In this document: positions 19,071-28,912 of the stretch, in pieces | Position numbering within the stretch: position 1 is the first letter of the stretch | Layout of the letters: each line of letters begins with the position of its first letter | Translations under genes and position numbers: made by a program | The notes under the pieces: generated by a model | Seen by the model: the letters and a program-made list of their open reading frames with translations, nothing else | Told to the model about the DNA's origin: nothing | Databases searched by the model: none | NCBI GenBank assembly: GCA_900544595.1 | Contig: UQVQ01000002.1 | Coordinates: 8,756-72,755 of the forward strand | Direction of reading: 5' to 3' | Source: an uncultured Bacillota bacterium | GTDB lineage: Bacteria > Bacillota > Clostridia > Christensenellales > UBA1242 | Length of the DNA: 64,000 nucleotides

Positions 19071-19948
19071 ACAAACTCCTTTGCAAATTCTGCGCCCATA
19101 AGAGCGCGGCAATCGTAACATTTTTGAAATTTAACAAGCGAAAGTCCAACTGCAACATCTTGAAATTCTTTCGTGTTGCCTTGTCCAAGCGAAACGCAAA
19201 AATTTTCAACTTCGCAAACAAGCATCTTGCTTTGCCCCGTTGCCGTTCCATAAGTTATGTAATGGCTGTTTCCAATTTCATTCTCATCAATTTTTTTTGT
19301 TATGATTTTTTCAAACGGAACATCAAAAATTTTGCTAAAAACCGAAAGTTCAACAATCAAAACTGGTTTTTTTGAAATTGGATCGAAAAGCGCATTCCCG
19401 CTGTCTAGAAAAACATCAAACTTTGTTGTTTTGCCTTTGTTCGAAATTTCGCCCTGAAAAATGAAATTCCCAATAAGTTTTCGTCGTCCAACCGATTTAA
19501 TAACCCTTGCAATTCCAAAGCAAACAAGCGAGCACATAAGAAGAACAACTCCAACAGGAAGTTCCATTTCATAGACGGTTAAAAATCCGTTTTCCATTTT
19601 CCCGCCAAAGAGAAAAACAATTCCCATGCACGCCCCGCCAACCGCCGCGGTCATAATTAAAAAAACCGAAAAGGCAAGCGCATTTTTCTTAAAGCCATTT
19701 GTTTTAAGCCCAAGCCTTGCAATAACGAGCCCAAGAAGAACCTTATAGGCAATCATAAGCCAAGTTGGAAGCGAAAGAAGAGGCGTTATAAGCGAAAAAA
19801 TTGCTCCAAAGCAAGCGGCAATAAAGAGCCGGAGTTTCCTTTTTTCAAGTCGCAAAACAAGCGCGGAAAGATATAGAATAAGAAAGTTGATAACAATATT
19901 GTCAATCAAAACATATTCAACAACAATTTCCACATTTTTATTATACAA
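19067..19948 (-). CDS. spoIIGA: sigma-E processing peptidase SpoIIGA
   Basis: Polytopic N-terminal half and a C-terminal half carrying the FLDSGN aspartic-protease motif. It is located immediately upstream of sigE. Confidence 0.85.
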   Translation of the reverse strand: MYNKNVEIVVEYVLIDNIVINFLILYLSALVLRLEKRKLRLFIAACFGAIFSLITPLLSLPTWLMIAYKVLLGLVIARLGLKTNGFKKNALAFSVFLIMTAAVGGACMGIVFLFGGKMENGFLTVYEMELPVGVVLLMCSLVCFGIARVIKSVGRRKLIGNFIFQGEISNKGKTTKFDVFLDSGNALFDPISKKPVLIVELSVFSKIFDVPFEKIITKKIDENEIGNSHYITYGTATGQSKMLVCEVENFCVSLGQGNTKEFQDVAVGLSLVKFQKCYDCRALMGAEFAKEFV

Positions 19949-20053
19949 GGCTTTGCATTGCGCTTGGGAAAAATATAATGAAAAAAGGCAGCCGTTTTTG
20001 CCACCTTTTGTCGATTATTTATTTTTTAGCACCGCAAATTTTTCGCAATAAAT

Positions 20054-20518
20054 TTATTTAAGACGATATATAACATCGGAAAGATATTGCCCGCTTCGAA
20101 GTTCAATTTTGTTATCGGTTTTAACATCGTCAAGCATTTGAATGAACGTGTCCCAATTCTTAATGAATTTAGTTATATATTCTTTTGAGTTGCCTCTTCG
20201 AATAAATCTTTGAATATACTCGTCGCGGCAATTGCGTCTTGGATAAACAAGGTAGAATTTTGTTCGCCTTGAAAGAAGTTCGTTAATAACCATATTATGA
20301 GTTGAAAGAAAAACATAGTCGTAATCTTTTGAAAGGCTTTCAGCAATGTCGCAATAAACTTTTTCCCAGCCTTCGTTTTTCCTGAAATATGACGAAGAAA
20401 GGTCGAAAACACGCTTTCTTGCCAAACTTGGGTCGTGCTCTAAAAACCCGGTTTTCCCAATTCCGGCAAACCCGCAAATAATAATTCCTTTCTTTTCTCT
20501 ATCGCTCCAAAGTCCCAT
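20054..20518 (-). CDS. small P-loop NTPase/kinase-like protein
   Basis: 154 aa with Walker A GFAGIGKT. I do not recognise the family beyond that. Confidence 0.6.
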   Translation of the reverse strand: MGLWSDREKKGIIICGFAGIGKTGFLEHDPSLARKRVFDLSSSYFRKNEGWEKVYCDIAESLSKDYDYVFLSTHNMVINELLSRRTKFYLVYPRRNCRDEYIQRFIRRGNSKEYITKFIKNWDTFIQMLDDVKTDNKIELRSGQYLSDVIYRLK

Positions 20519-20631
20519 TTTTTTGCTCCCTTGATATGTATAGTATAAATTCTTAACCTCATTATGTCAAGAAAACAATTTGTTAATTTAACAAGGAATG
20601 ATATAATCAATGTGTAATAAAGGAGAAAAAA

Positions 20632-21861
20632 ATGGATATAGTTTTAATTGCACTTGTTTGTGTTTTAATCGTTTTAAACATCATAACAATTCTAGTTCTT
20701 GCAAAACAAAAACAAAACAGTAACCTTGAAAAAGAATTTCGAAGCGTTAAGGAAGATTTAACACTTGGGCTTAAAGCCACGCGCGAAGAAATAAATGTTG
20801 TTTTAGGAAACAGAATTGACGGGTTTTCTCGCGCAAACGAAGAAAAACTTGAAGCAATTCGAACCGCCGTTGAAGATAAACTTGGAACAATTCAAAAGGA
20901 AAACACCGAAAAACTTGAGCAAATGCGCCAAACTGTTGACGAAAAACTTCACGACACCCTTGAAAAGCGCCTTGGCGAATCGTTTAAACTTGTAAACGAC
21001 CGCCTTGAATCGGTTTACAAAGGACTTGGCGAAATGCAAAATCTTGCTGTTGGAGTTGGCGACCTTAAAAAAGTTCTTTCCGATGTTAAAACCCGCGGAA
21101 CATGGGGCGAAATTCGTCTTGGAAACATTCTTGAACAATATTTAACACCCGACCAATATGAAAGAAATGTTAAACTTAAACCACGAACAAAAGATTTTGT
21201 TGAGTTCGCAATTAAAATTCCAAGCAAGGTTGGCAACAGTTTTGTGATGCTCCCTGTTGACAGCAAGTATCCCGTTGAAGATTACAATCGACTTTTGGAG
21301 GCCGAAGAAAAAGGCAACAAAGAAGAGGTTGCAGCTGCACGAAAAGCACTTGCTGCAAGCATTAAACGAAGTGCGGGCGAAATTCGAGATAAGTATATTA
21401 ACCCACCTCTAACAACCGATTTTGGCGTTATGTTCCTTCCAATTGAAAGTTTGTTTTGCGAAGTTTTGAAAAACACATCTCTTTGCGAAACCCTCCAACG
21501 CGACTATAAAGTTACCGTTACAGGCCCAACAACACTAACTGCTTTCATCAACAGTTTGCAACTTGGATTCCATGCGCTTGCAATTGAAAAACAAACAAGC
21601 GAAGTTTGGAAAATCTTAACAACTGTTAAAGTTGAATTTAACAAGTTTGGCGACATTCTTGCAAAAACAAACAAGAAACTTCAAGAGGTTGCAAACACAA
21701 TGAAAGATGCCGAAAGCAAAACAAGAAACATTCAAACAAAACTTGGAAAAGTTGACACCCTTGCGTTCTCGCAAACCGAAGTTCCAGTTCTAGATTCAAT
21801 CCAACCGGCAAAAGAAAATGAAGAAGAAATTGAAATTGAATCTAACAGTGACAACGAATAA
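20632..21861 (+). CDS. rmuC: DNA recombination protein RmuC
   Basis: N-terminal TM helix, a coiled coil, and TRGTWGEIRLGNILE...VMFLPIESLF...GPTTL, which resembles the RmuC core. Confidence 0.85.
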   Translation: MDIVLIALVCVLIVLNIITILVLAKQKQNSNLEKEFRSVKEDLTLGLKATREEINVVLGNRIDGFSRANEEKLEAIRTAVEDKLGTIQKENTEKLEQMRQTVDEKLHDTLEKRLGESFKLVNDRLESVYKGLGEMQNLAVGVGDLKKVLSDVKTRGTWGEIRLGNILEQYLTPDQYERNVKLKPRTKDFVEFAIKIPSKVGNSFVMLPVDSKYPVEDYNRLLEAEEKGNKEEVAAARKALAASIKRSAGEIRDKYINPPLTTDFGVMFLPIESLFCEVLKNTSLCETLQRDYKVTVTGPTTLTAFINSLQLGFHALAIEKQTSEVWKILTTVKVEFNKFGDILAKTNKKLQEVANTMKDAESKTRNIQTKLGKVDTLAFSQTEVPVLDSIQPAKENEEEIEIESNSDNE

Positions 21862-21876
21862 ATTTGAGAATATAAC

Positions 21877-21908
21877 AAAAAAAACAAGCAAAAATGCTTG
21901 TTTTTTTA
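21877..21908. terminator. bidirectional terminator (rmuC / smc)
   Basis: ACAAGCA-aaaa-TGCTTGT flanked by an A-run and a T-run. Confidence 0.85.
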
Positions 21909-21919
21909 TTGTTTTTTCT

Positions 21920-24900
21920 TTATTCTGCTGTTTTTTGTTCATATTTAACAGCATCGCTAAGTTTAACAGAAACAACTTTTGAAACACCTTTTTCTTCCAT
22001 TGTAACCCCGTAAAGCGAATCGGCAAGTTCCATTGTTGGTTTCTTGTGGGTTATAACAATGAACTGAGTGTCGCTTGAGAACTTGCGCAAATATTGTGCA
22101 AATCTATAAACATTCGCTTCGTCCAAGGCTGCCTCAATTTCGTCAAGCAAACAGAATGGCATTGGGCGAAGTTTCAAAATCGCAAACAAAATTGCAATTG
22201 CTGTAAGCGCTTTCTCTCCTCCGCTAAGAAGCGAGTTTGAAGAAAGTTTTTTCCCAGGTGGCTCTGCCAAAATTTCAACTCCGGCTTCCAAAACATTTTC
22301 GCTTCCAATAAGTTCAAGTTTTGCGTTTCCGCCTCCAAAAAGTTCGCGGAAAGTGATTTTGAAGTTTTCGTTAATTTTGTTGAACTCTTCTGTAAATCTT
22401 GTTCTCATTTCTGTTGAAAGTTCGTCGATGATTTGAAGAAGTTCGTCTTGCGCTTTGTTAAGGTCGTCAACTTGGCCTGCAAGCGCATCATATCTTTCGC
22501 TTAAAATCTTTGAATCTTCAATTGCGGCAACGTTGATATAACCAAGACGAGAAATTTCTTTTTTAATTCTCGTAATTTCCGCAAGACCTTTGTTAAGATT
22601 GAATTCCTCATCGCGAAGAGCCAAACACGCATTATAATCAAGTTCGTATTCTTCCAAAATTTTGTCTTGCATTGTGTCGATATCTGTGTCGACCTTGTTA
22701 ATTTTAAATTCCTCGTTAAGTTTTTTCTCGTTAATCTTGTTAACTTCTGCCATAAGGAAAGTTCTTTTTTCTTCAAGTTCTTTAAGACTTTGTTGCAAAC
22801 TAACTTTGTTTTCATCAAGTTGTTTTTGTTCTTTTTTAAGGTTTTCAAGTTTTTGTTTTGCTTCCGCATTTGTTGCATTTTCAATTTGCCATGCAACCAA
22901 ATCTTCGGCATCCTCAACACTTTTTGTGTTATGTTCAAACTCAACTTGTGCAATTTCTTGTTTACGCTCGGAATCTGTAAGTTGCGCGTCAAGACGCTCA
23001 AGTTCTTGGGTTGTTCCCATAATTTCGCTTGTTATCGAAGCAATGTTAACCCTAATTTCAGTTAGTTGTTTGCTAAATTTTTCGCGTTCTTCTTTAAGTT
23101 CGTTAAATCTTGATTGACGCTTTGCAATTGCTTCGTTTGCGCCTTCTTTGCTTGCGCCAGCCGCGTTTTCAAGATTTTCGATGTTTTGAATTTCGCGGGA
23201 AATAACTTCAATTTTGTTTGTTGCAATAATTTTTGAATTATTAAGCCCGTCAAGTTCGGTTTTGTATGAAGAAATTAAAGCTTCAACAGCCAAAAGTTTT
23301 TCATCTTCTTTTGCAATTTCAACTTCCAATTCTTTTTGTTTCGCAGAAATAAATTCAAATTGTTTAATTAAAGTTGAAAGTTCTTGTTTTTTTGCTTTAA
23401 TTTTTTCGTCGCCCGTTGCGAAAAGTTCTTTAAGTTTTTCAATTTCTTCGCCAAGCGTTTTAATTTCGCGGTCGCGACTTATAAGGTTAACTGCTTCGCT
23501 CTTTTTGCTTCCGCCTGTCATCGACCCTTGTGGGTTAATAACATCGCCATCAAGAGTTACAATTTTAAATCCAAATCTGGCGTTTTGCGCAAGTTTAATT
23601 GCGGTGTCCAAATTGTTAACAATAACAGTTGCGCCAAGAAGGTTTGCAATAACATTATCAATTGACGAATCAAAGGAAATAAGGTCTTTTGCAATTCCAA
23701 AACACCCGTCGGTTCGAAGCAAATTCTTTTCCTCTTGCGAAAGGTTTCTTGGTTTCATTGATGTTATTGGAAGGAATGTTGCGCGTCCAAATTGGCGCTC
23801 TTTCAAAAATTCGATAAGACTTTTTGCGTCGTATTCGTCTTTTGTTACGATGTTTTGAAGAGCATTCCCAAGCGCGGTTTCAATTGCTGTTTCATATTTT
23901 TCTGGAACAGTTATGAGCGACGCCAAAACACCAACCATTTTTTTCGAGAATTGTTCGTTTCTTTCGGCCTCTTTCAAAAGTTTTTTAACGCTTCCCGCAT
24001 AGCCTTCGTGTTCGGCTTGCATCTCTTCCAAAATTCTTTTTCGGTTTTCATAAACTTGAATTTTTGTTCCGCAATTTTGAACTTCGCGCTCAAGATTTGA
24101 AAGTTCATCTTGAACTCGATTCGTTTCAAGCTTACCCTTCAAAACAACATCAAGTTGTTCTTTATTTTGCGCGGAAAGATTGCTTGCTCGCTTTGAAATT
24201 TGTTCCTTAACTGTGTTTTGTTCTGCAAGTTTTTCATCAATGAATAAAATTCTTGTTTCAATTTCCGAAAGCGATGTTTTGCTTGCTTCGCGTTCCGCCA
24301 AAAGACGAGATGAATTGGATTTAATGTTTGTTAATTGGTCAAGCGCGTTAAACATTTCTTGTTGAGAACTTTCGGCTTCATCTTCGTTTAAGTTGAGTTC
24401 GTCAACAACTTTCAAATATTCTCTTGAAACGTTTTCTTCTTGTTTTTTAAGATTGTCAAGTTGTTCGTTTGTTTCGGAAAGATGGGAAGCGCGTTCCTCA
24501 ATTTGTTTTTTAATTGCGCTGTTAAGATTGTTATAGTTCTCAATGTCAAGCGCCAAACGGTTGTTTTGTTCTTTCAAAAACTTAATTCTTTCGCGAACAA
24601 CATTTGTTTCGCCAACTTGTTTTTCCAAACTAACTGTTAAGTTAAGAATGCTCTCGTGAAGCCTTTCTGTTGTTTTGTCAATTGCTTCAATGCTTGCCAT
24701 ATTGTTTGAATAGTTTTCAACAACATTTTCAAGTTCTTCTTGGCGAAGTTCAAGTTCTTCGTTAATTGCATCAAGCTTGCTTGAAATTTTTGCTTTCATA
24801 TCGTGCGCATTTTCATATTGATAGATATACGCATTAACTTCCAAATTCTTTAAAATTTCTTTAAGTTCAAGGAATTTTTTTGCATCTTCGCTTTGTTTTT

Positions 24901-25516
24901 TCAGTGGTCCAAGTTGTCTTTCAATTTCATCAATAACAAGTTGAAGTTTTAAAATGTTGTCTTTTGTTCTTTCAAGTTTTCTTTCCGCTTCAACTTTGCG
25001 CGACTTATATTTCGAAATCCCCGCTGCGTCTTCGAAAATTGAGCGGCGATCTTCCGGTTTTGAAGAAAGAATTTTCCCAACCTGGTCTTGTCCAATAATT
25101 GAATAGCCGTCTTTTCCAAGCCCCGAATCATAAAGCAAATTTGTTATGTCTTTCAAACGGCAAGGCGCTTTGTTTAAAAGATATTCGCTTTCGCCGCTTC
25201 GATATAATTTTCTTGTTATTGCAATTTCGTCGAATTCATAGTTAAAAAACCGGTCACTATTATCAAAAGTCATTGTAACTTCGCAATATGACAAACTTTT
25301 TCTCTTTTCTGTTCCAGCAAAAATAACATCTTGCATGGAAGAACCACGAAGAGTTTTTGAACTTTGTTCACCCAAAACCCATCGAATTGCATCTGCAACA
25401 TTACTTTTCCCACAGCCGTTTGGCCCAACAATTGCCGTAACGCCGTTGTCAAACTTAATTTCAACCCTGTCGGCAAACGATTTAAAGCCTGCAAGATCGA
25501 GTTCCTTAAAATTCAT
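21920..25516 (-). CDS. smc: chromosome segregation protein SMC
   Basis: 1198 aa. N-terminal FKSFA...GPNGCGKSN, long coiled coils with a hinge, and a C-terminal LSGGEK signature plus LLDEIEAALD. Confidence 0.95.
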   Translation of the reverse strand: MNFKELDLAGFKSFADRVEIKFDNGVTAIVGPNGCGKSNVADAIRWVLGEQSSKTLRGSSMQDVIFAGTEKRKSLSYCEVTMTFDNSDRFFNYEFDEIAITRKLYRSGESEYLLNKAPCRLKDITNLLYDSGLGKDGYSIIGQDQVGKILSSKPEDRRSIFEDAAGISKYKSRKVEAERKLERTKDNILKLQLVIDEIERQLGPLKKQSEDAKKFLELKEILKNLEVNAYIYQYENAHDMKAKISSKLDAINEELELRQEELENVVENYSNNMASIEAIDKTTERLHESILNLTVSLEKQVGETNVVRERIKFLKEQNNRLALDIENYNNLNSAIKKQIEERASHLSETNEQLDNLKKQEENVSREYLKVVDELNLNEDEAESSQQEMFNALDQLTNIKSNSSRLLAEREASKTSLSEIETRILFIDEKLAEQNTVKEQISKRASNLSAQNKEQLDVVLKGKLETNRVQDELSNLEREVQNCGTKIQVYENRKRILEEMQAEHEGYAGSVKKLLKEAERNEQFSKKMVGVLASLITVPEKYETAIETALGNALQNIVTKDEYDAKSLIEFLKERQFGRATFLPITSMKPRNLSQEEKNLLRTDGCFGIAKDLISFDSSIDNVIANLLGATVIVNNLDTAIKLAQNARFGFKIVTLDGDVINPQGSMTGGSKKSEAVNLISRDREIKTLGEEIEKLKELFATGDEKIKAKKQELSTLIKQFEFISAKQKELEVEIAKEDEKLLAVEALISSYKTELDGLNNSKIIATNKIEVISREIQNIENLENAAGASKEGANEAIAKRQSRFNELKEEREKFSKQLTEIRVNIASITSEIMGTTQELERLDAQLTDSERKQEIAQVEFEHNTKSVEDAEDLVAWQIENATNAEAKQKLENLKKEQKQLDENKVSLQQSLKELEEKRTFLMAEVNKINEKKLNEEFKINKVDTDIDTMQDKILEEYELDYNACLALRDEEFNLNKGLAEITRIKKEISRLGYINVAAIEDSKILSERYDALAGQVDDLNKAQDELLQIIDELSTEMRTRFTEEFNKINENFKITFRELFGGGNAKLELIGSENVLEAGVEILAEPPGKKLSSNSLLSGGEKALTAIAILFAILKLRPMPFCLLDEIEAALDEANVYRFAQYLRKFSSDTQFIVITHKKPTMELADSLYGVTMEEKGVSKVVSVKLSDAVKYEQKTAE

Positions 25517-25610
25517 AGTTGTTTTCCTTCATGTTTCATGTTTTTTAGCAAAGATTAAGGTTAATATTTTGCAAAAATATATTATCACAAATCGTATTGA
25601 TTTGCAAGCA

Positions 25611-25635
25611 AAAAGGCGTTTTTTAAACGCCTTTT
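25611..25635. terminator. palindromic terminator between plsX and smc
   Basis: AAAAGGCG-ttttttaaa-CGCCTTTT. Confidence 0.6.
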
Positions 25636-25681
25636 GCCTTTGTTTTTTTATCGTAAAACAATTGTTTTTTAAAAAAATTTT

Positions 25682-26704
25682 TTATTTGTTTCCAATTTCT
25701 TCCAAATTAACATTTGCAATTGCTTTTTCAATTTTTTCGTTTAAATTTTTTGACGAAAGAGTTATGATCTCGTCAATAGATGCCTCAATTGCCTTGGCCT
25801 TGCTTGACCCATGAGATTTAATAATAAGTTTTTTGCAGCCAAGAAATGGACTTCCGCCATAAACATTAAAATCGAATTTCTTTTTTAAGCCTTTGAATGC
25901 TTTAAGCATAAAAATTGACCCAAAACGAGAGAAAAAGTTTGATTTAATTGCTTTTTTAACCTCTCCCATCATAAGTTTGAGCGCACCTTCTGTTGATTTA
26001 AGAAGAACATTACCCGCATAGCCATCGCAAACAACAATGTCATATTTCCCGCTCATAATGTCGCGCGCTTCCATATTCCCAACAAAATTTATGTTAAGTT
26101 TTTTCAAAAGAGGAAAAACCTCGTGGCAAAGTTCATTGCCTTTGTGGTCTTCTGTTCCAACACTTAAAAGCGCAATTCTTGGGTTTTCATTCCCAAAACG
26201 TTCTTTATAATATTCATTCGCCATAAGCGCAAAATGAACAAGATTGATTGGTTTGCTGTCCATATTTGCGCCGCAATCGGCAATTAAAACATAGCCGCCT
26301 TCTTTTGTTGGCAAAAAAGGGCAAAGCATTGGACGAGAAACACCTTTAATTCGTCCAATTCTTAAAAATCCACCTGCCAAAATTGCGCCAGTGTTTCCTG
26401 CCGAAACAAGCCCAACAACATCATTTTGCGAGCGCAAAATTTCAAAGGCAACAGCAAGCGAACTGTTTTTCTTCTCTTTAATTGCAACCGTTGGAACATC
26501 GTCGTTTGTTATTTCATCAGGAGCTGAAACAATTTCTGTTCTGTCTTTATCGAATTTTAAGCCCGATAAAACATTGTTAATTTCGTCTTCCTTGCCGCAA
26601 AAAATAATTCCTAAATCTTTATATTTTTTTTGCGCATCAATTGCGCCTTTAACAATTTCATTTGGCGCATTATCTCCGCCCAAAGCATCAACAACAACTT
26701 TCAA
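25682..26704 (-). CDS. plsX: phosphate acyltransferase PlsX
   Basis: KVVVDALGGDNAP and a conserved core. I place the start at the TTG at 26704, behind a GGAGGAA SD; the ORF-track start at 26719 is that SD region read as codons. Confidence 0.9.
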   Translation of the reverse strand: MKVVVDALGGDNAPNEIVKGAIDAQKKYKDLGIIFCGKEDEINNVLSGLKFDKDRTEIVSAPDEITNDDVPTVAIKEKKNSSLAVAFEILRSQNDVVGLVSAGNTGAILAGGFLRIGRIKGVSRPMLCPFLPTKEGGYVLIADCGANMDSKPINLVHFALMANEYYKERFGNENPRIALLSVGTEDHKGNELCHEVFPLLKKLNINFVGNMEARDIMSGKYDIVVCDGYAGNVLLKSTEGALKLMMGEVKKAIKSNFFSRFGSIFMLKAFKGLKKKFDFNVYGGSPFLGCKKLIIKSHGSSKAKAIEASIDEIITLSSKNLNEKIEKAIANVNLEEIGNK

Positions 26705-26763
26705 TTTGTGTTCCTCCAAAATTCAATAACTTGATTTTATCAAATTATTTTTGTTTTTCAAAA

Positions 26764-26791
26764 TAAAAAAGCCACTAACCAAGTTAGTGGC
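26764..26791 (-). terminator. intrinsic terminator of the 90-aa gene
   Basis: GCCACTAAC-ttg-GTTAGTGGC followed by T6 on the minus strand. Confidence 0.85.
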
Positions 26792-26810
26792 AATAAATCA
26801 ACTTAAATGT

Positions 26811-27083
26811 TTAGAAATCTAAACCCATTTCATTTTCAGAAGTTTTACATCCGCCAAAAGACATTTGAGCAAGCGCAGCCAAAGTTTTAGAATCAATTCT
26901 TTCTTTAATTGAAACGTTTGCCTTTTCCAAAACAGATTTAAGTTCTTCTCTAATATCTGCTTTTGTTGTTCCTTCTTGAACCCCTGCTGAAATTATTTTC
27001 GCACTGCTAAAAGTGTTTAAAATTAAATTTTTTTGATTGCTTTGTTGTTGTCTTATTTTTTTAGCTCCAATCTCTAATGCCAT
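26811..27083 (-). CDS. small hydrophilic protein, unknown function (monocistronic)
   Basis: 90 aa with a GGAGG SD and its own promoter and terminator. It ends ...LAALAQMSFGGCKTSENEMGLDF. Confidence 0.7.
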   Translation of the reverse strand: MALEIGAKKIRQQQSNQKNLILNTFSSAKIISAGVQEGTTKADIREELKSVLEKANVSIKERIDSKTLAALAQMSFGGCKTSENEMGLDF

Positions 27084-27114
27084 TTTAGCCTCCGTTTTTT
27101 TCTTTCTTGACCAT

Positions 27115-27143
27115 ATAATATCACAATATACGCAATTTGTAAA
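27115..27143 (-). promoter_or_regulatory. promoter of the 90-aa gene
   Basis: Minus strand: TTTACA, a 17-nt spacer, then TGaTATTAT (extended -10). Confidence 0.6.
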
Positions 27144-27188
27144 TACCTTTTTGCAAAAATTTTTTTGATGTTTTTTACAGAATTTTAT

Positions 27189-28904
27189 CTACATTTTTTC
27201 TGGAATTTCAATTGCAACAAGCTCCGCAAAAATTCCAAGCGCTTTTCTAACAACCTTAAGAAGCGTTAACAGAGAAGCACGTCTTTTTTCGTCCTTTTCG
27301 CCAAGAATTTTTGTTTTGTTATAAAGCGCGCTGAAGTTTGTTGCAAGAACATATGCGCTTTGAATAAAAATGTTTGGTGCAAATTGCAAATATGCACTTT
27401 TAACGTCTTGCGAGAATTTTAAAAGCGAAATAATTAAATCTTTTTCTTCTTTTGTTTCAACACAAAATGTTGGAACAAAGTTTCCTGCTTTACTTAAAAT
27501 TGAGTCAATTCGAACCGCACAATACTGCATATACGGGCCAGTTTTCCCCTCAAAACTTGAAAATTTATCAACATCAAAAACATAATCTTTTGCAGGGAAA
27601 TTGATTAAATCGCCAAATTTCAACGCACAAATCCCAATTTTTTTCGATAATTCTTCGATTTCCTCTTCGTTTGAAACTTTTTCGCTTTGCAAAATCTTTT
27701 CTTTGCACGCATTTTGAATAAGCGAAATTAAATCGGAAAGATACATCGTTCCGCCGTCGCGCGTTTTAAACGGCTTTCCGTCCGCCCCGTTAACCGTTCC
27801 AAAAGGAATGTGGACAAAATCAATTCCCTCCCCAATTCCAGCAAGTTTGCAAACACGGAAAACTTGATTGAAATGCATACTTTGACGATTATCTGTTAAA
27901 TACACAATTTTATTTGGATTAAATTCATTTTCTCTTGCAACAATTGTTGCAAGTTCGGTTGTTGCATAAAGCTCCGCCCCTGCGCTTGAACGAACAATAA
28001 CTGGTGGCATCGGGCTGTTATCGTCTTCTTTTGCAACATTAACAATTTCTGCGCCGTTGCTTTTTTCAATTAAATTTTTTGAATTTAAAATTTCAAAAAC
28101 CTTTTCAACAAACGCATCGGCATCGCTTTCGCCATACCATCTTTCAAAGTTAACATTAAGTTGGGCATAAATCTTTTTAATTGCGTTAACGGAAATTTCG
28201 CGAATTTCCTTCCAAATGTCGTAGTAACCCTTTTCTTTTGCTTGAAGTTTAACGGTTATTTCTTGCGCGCGTTTCTTAAATTCTTCGTCAACTTTTGCCT
28301 TCTGTGCGCTTTCTGGATATATTTTCTCAAGATTTTCTTCGGTTAGAACCGGTTTTTCGCCTTCGCTAGTGAAATAATAGCGGCAGTCAAATTTATCCAT
28401 AATTCCTGCAATTGTAAGCCCCATTTGAAGTCCCCAATCGCCAAGGTGGACATCGCCAATTGTTTCGTTACCCATAAAATTTGAAAGATTTTTAAGTGTT
28501 TGACCAATAACCGCGCTTCGAAGGTGTCCAACATGAAGAGGTTTTGCAACATTTGGGCCGCCATAGTCGAGAACAATTTTTTCGCCGTTAACTTTTTCAA
28601 TTCCACAGCGCTCGTCCAAAAACAAATTTTCCAAAATCTTATCAAAAGCCTTGTTTGTTAGTTTAAAGTTTAAAAACCCTCCAACCGCAAAAGCTTCAAA
28701 ATTTTCGCTTTTCAAATTTTCTGCAAGTTCGCTTGCAGTCATTGCAGGCGCTTTATGAAGAACTTTTGCAAGAGAAAAAGCAATGTTAGATTGAAAATCG
28801 GAAATTTCTGGGCGATCGGAAAAAATTATTGTTGCTTTTTCTTCTGCACCAAATTTCTTAACTAACTCATTAACTTTTTGCTCAATTTCACTTGTTAAAT
28901 TCAT
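27189..28904 (-). CDS. argS: arginine--tRNA ligase
   Basis: 571 aa with a PNVAKPLHVGHLRS (HIGH) motif, class I architecture and an AGGAG SD. Confidence 0.95.
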   Translation of the reverse strand: MNLTSEIEQKVNELVKKFGAEEKATIIFSDRPEISDFQSNIAFSLAKVLHKAPAMTASELAENLKSENFEAFAVGGFLNFKLTNKAFDKILENLFLDERCGIEKVNGEKIVLDYGGPNVAKPLHVGHLRSAVIGQTLKNLSNFMGNETIGDVHLGDWGLQMGLTIAGIMDKFDCRYYFTSEGEKPVLTEENLEKIYPESAQKAKVDEEFKKRAQEITVKLQAKEKGYYDIWKEIREISVNAIKKIYAQLNVNFERWYGESDADAFVEKVFEILNSKNLIEKSNGAEIVNVAKEDDNSPMPPVIVRSSAGAELYATTELATIVARENEFNPNKIVYLTDNRQSMHFNQVFRVCKLAGIGEGIDFVHIPFGTVNGADGKPFKTRDGGTMYLSDLISLIQNACKEKILQSEKVSNEEEIEELSKKIGICALKFGDLINFPAKDYVFDVDKFSSFEGKTGPYMQYCAVRIDSILSKAGNFVPTFCVETKEEKDLIISLLKFSQDVKSAYLQFAPNIFIQSAYVLATNFSALYNKTKILGEKDEKRRASLLTLLKVVRKALGIFAELVAIEIPEKM

Positions 28905-28912
28905 CTTTTCTC

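Noticed and set aside
22501-25814. Numerous 60-214-aa ORFs on both strands inside smc
   Set aside because: They are shadow frames of a long Lys/Glu-rich coiled-coil gene. None has start signals or a recognisable sequence.
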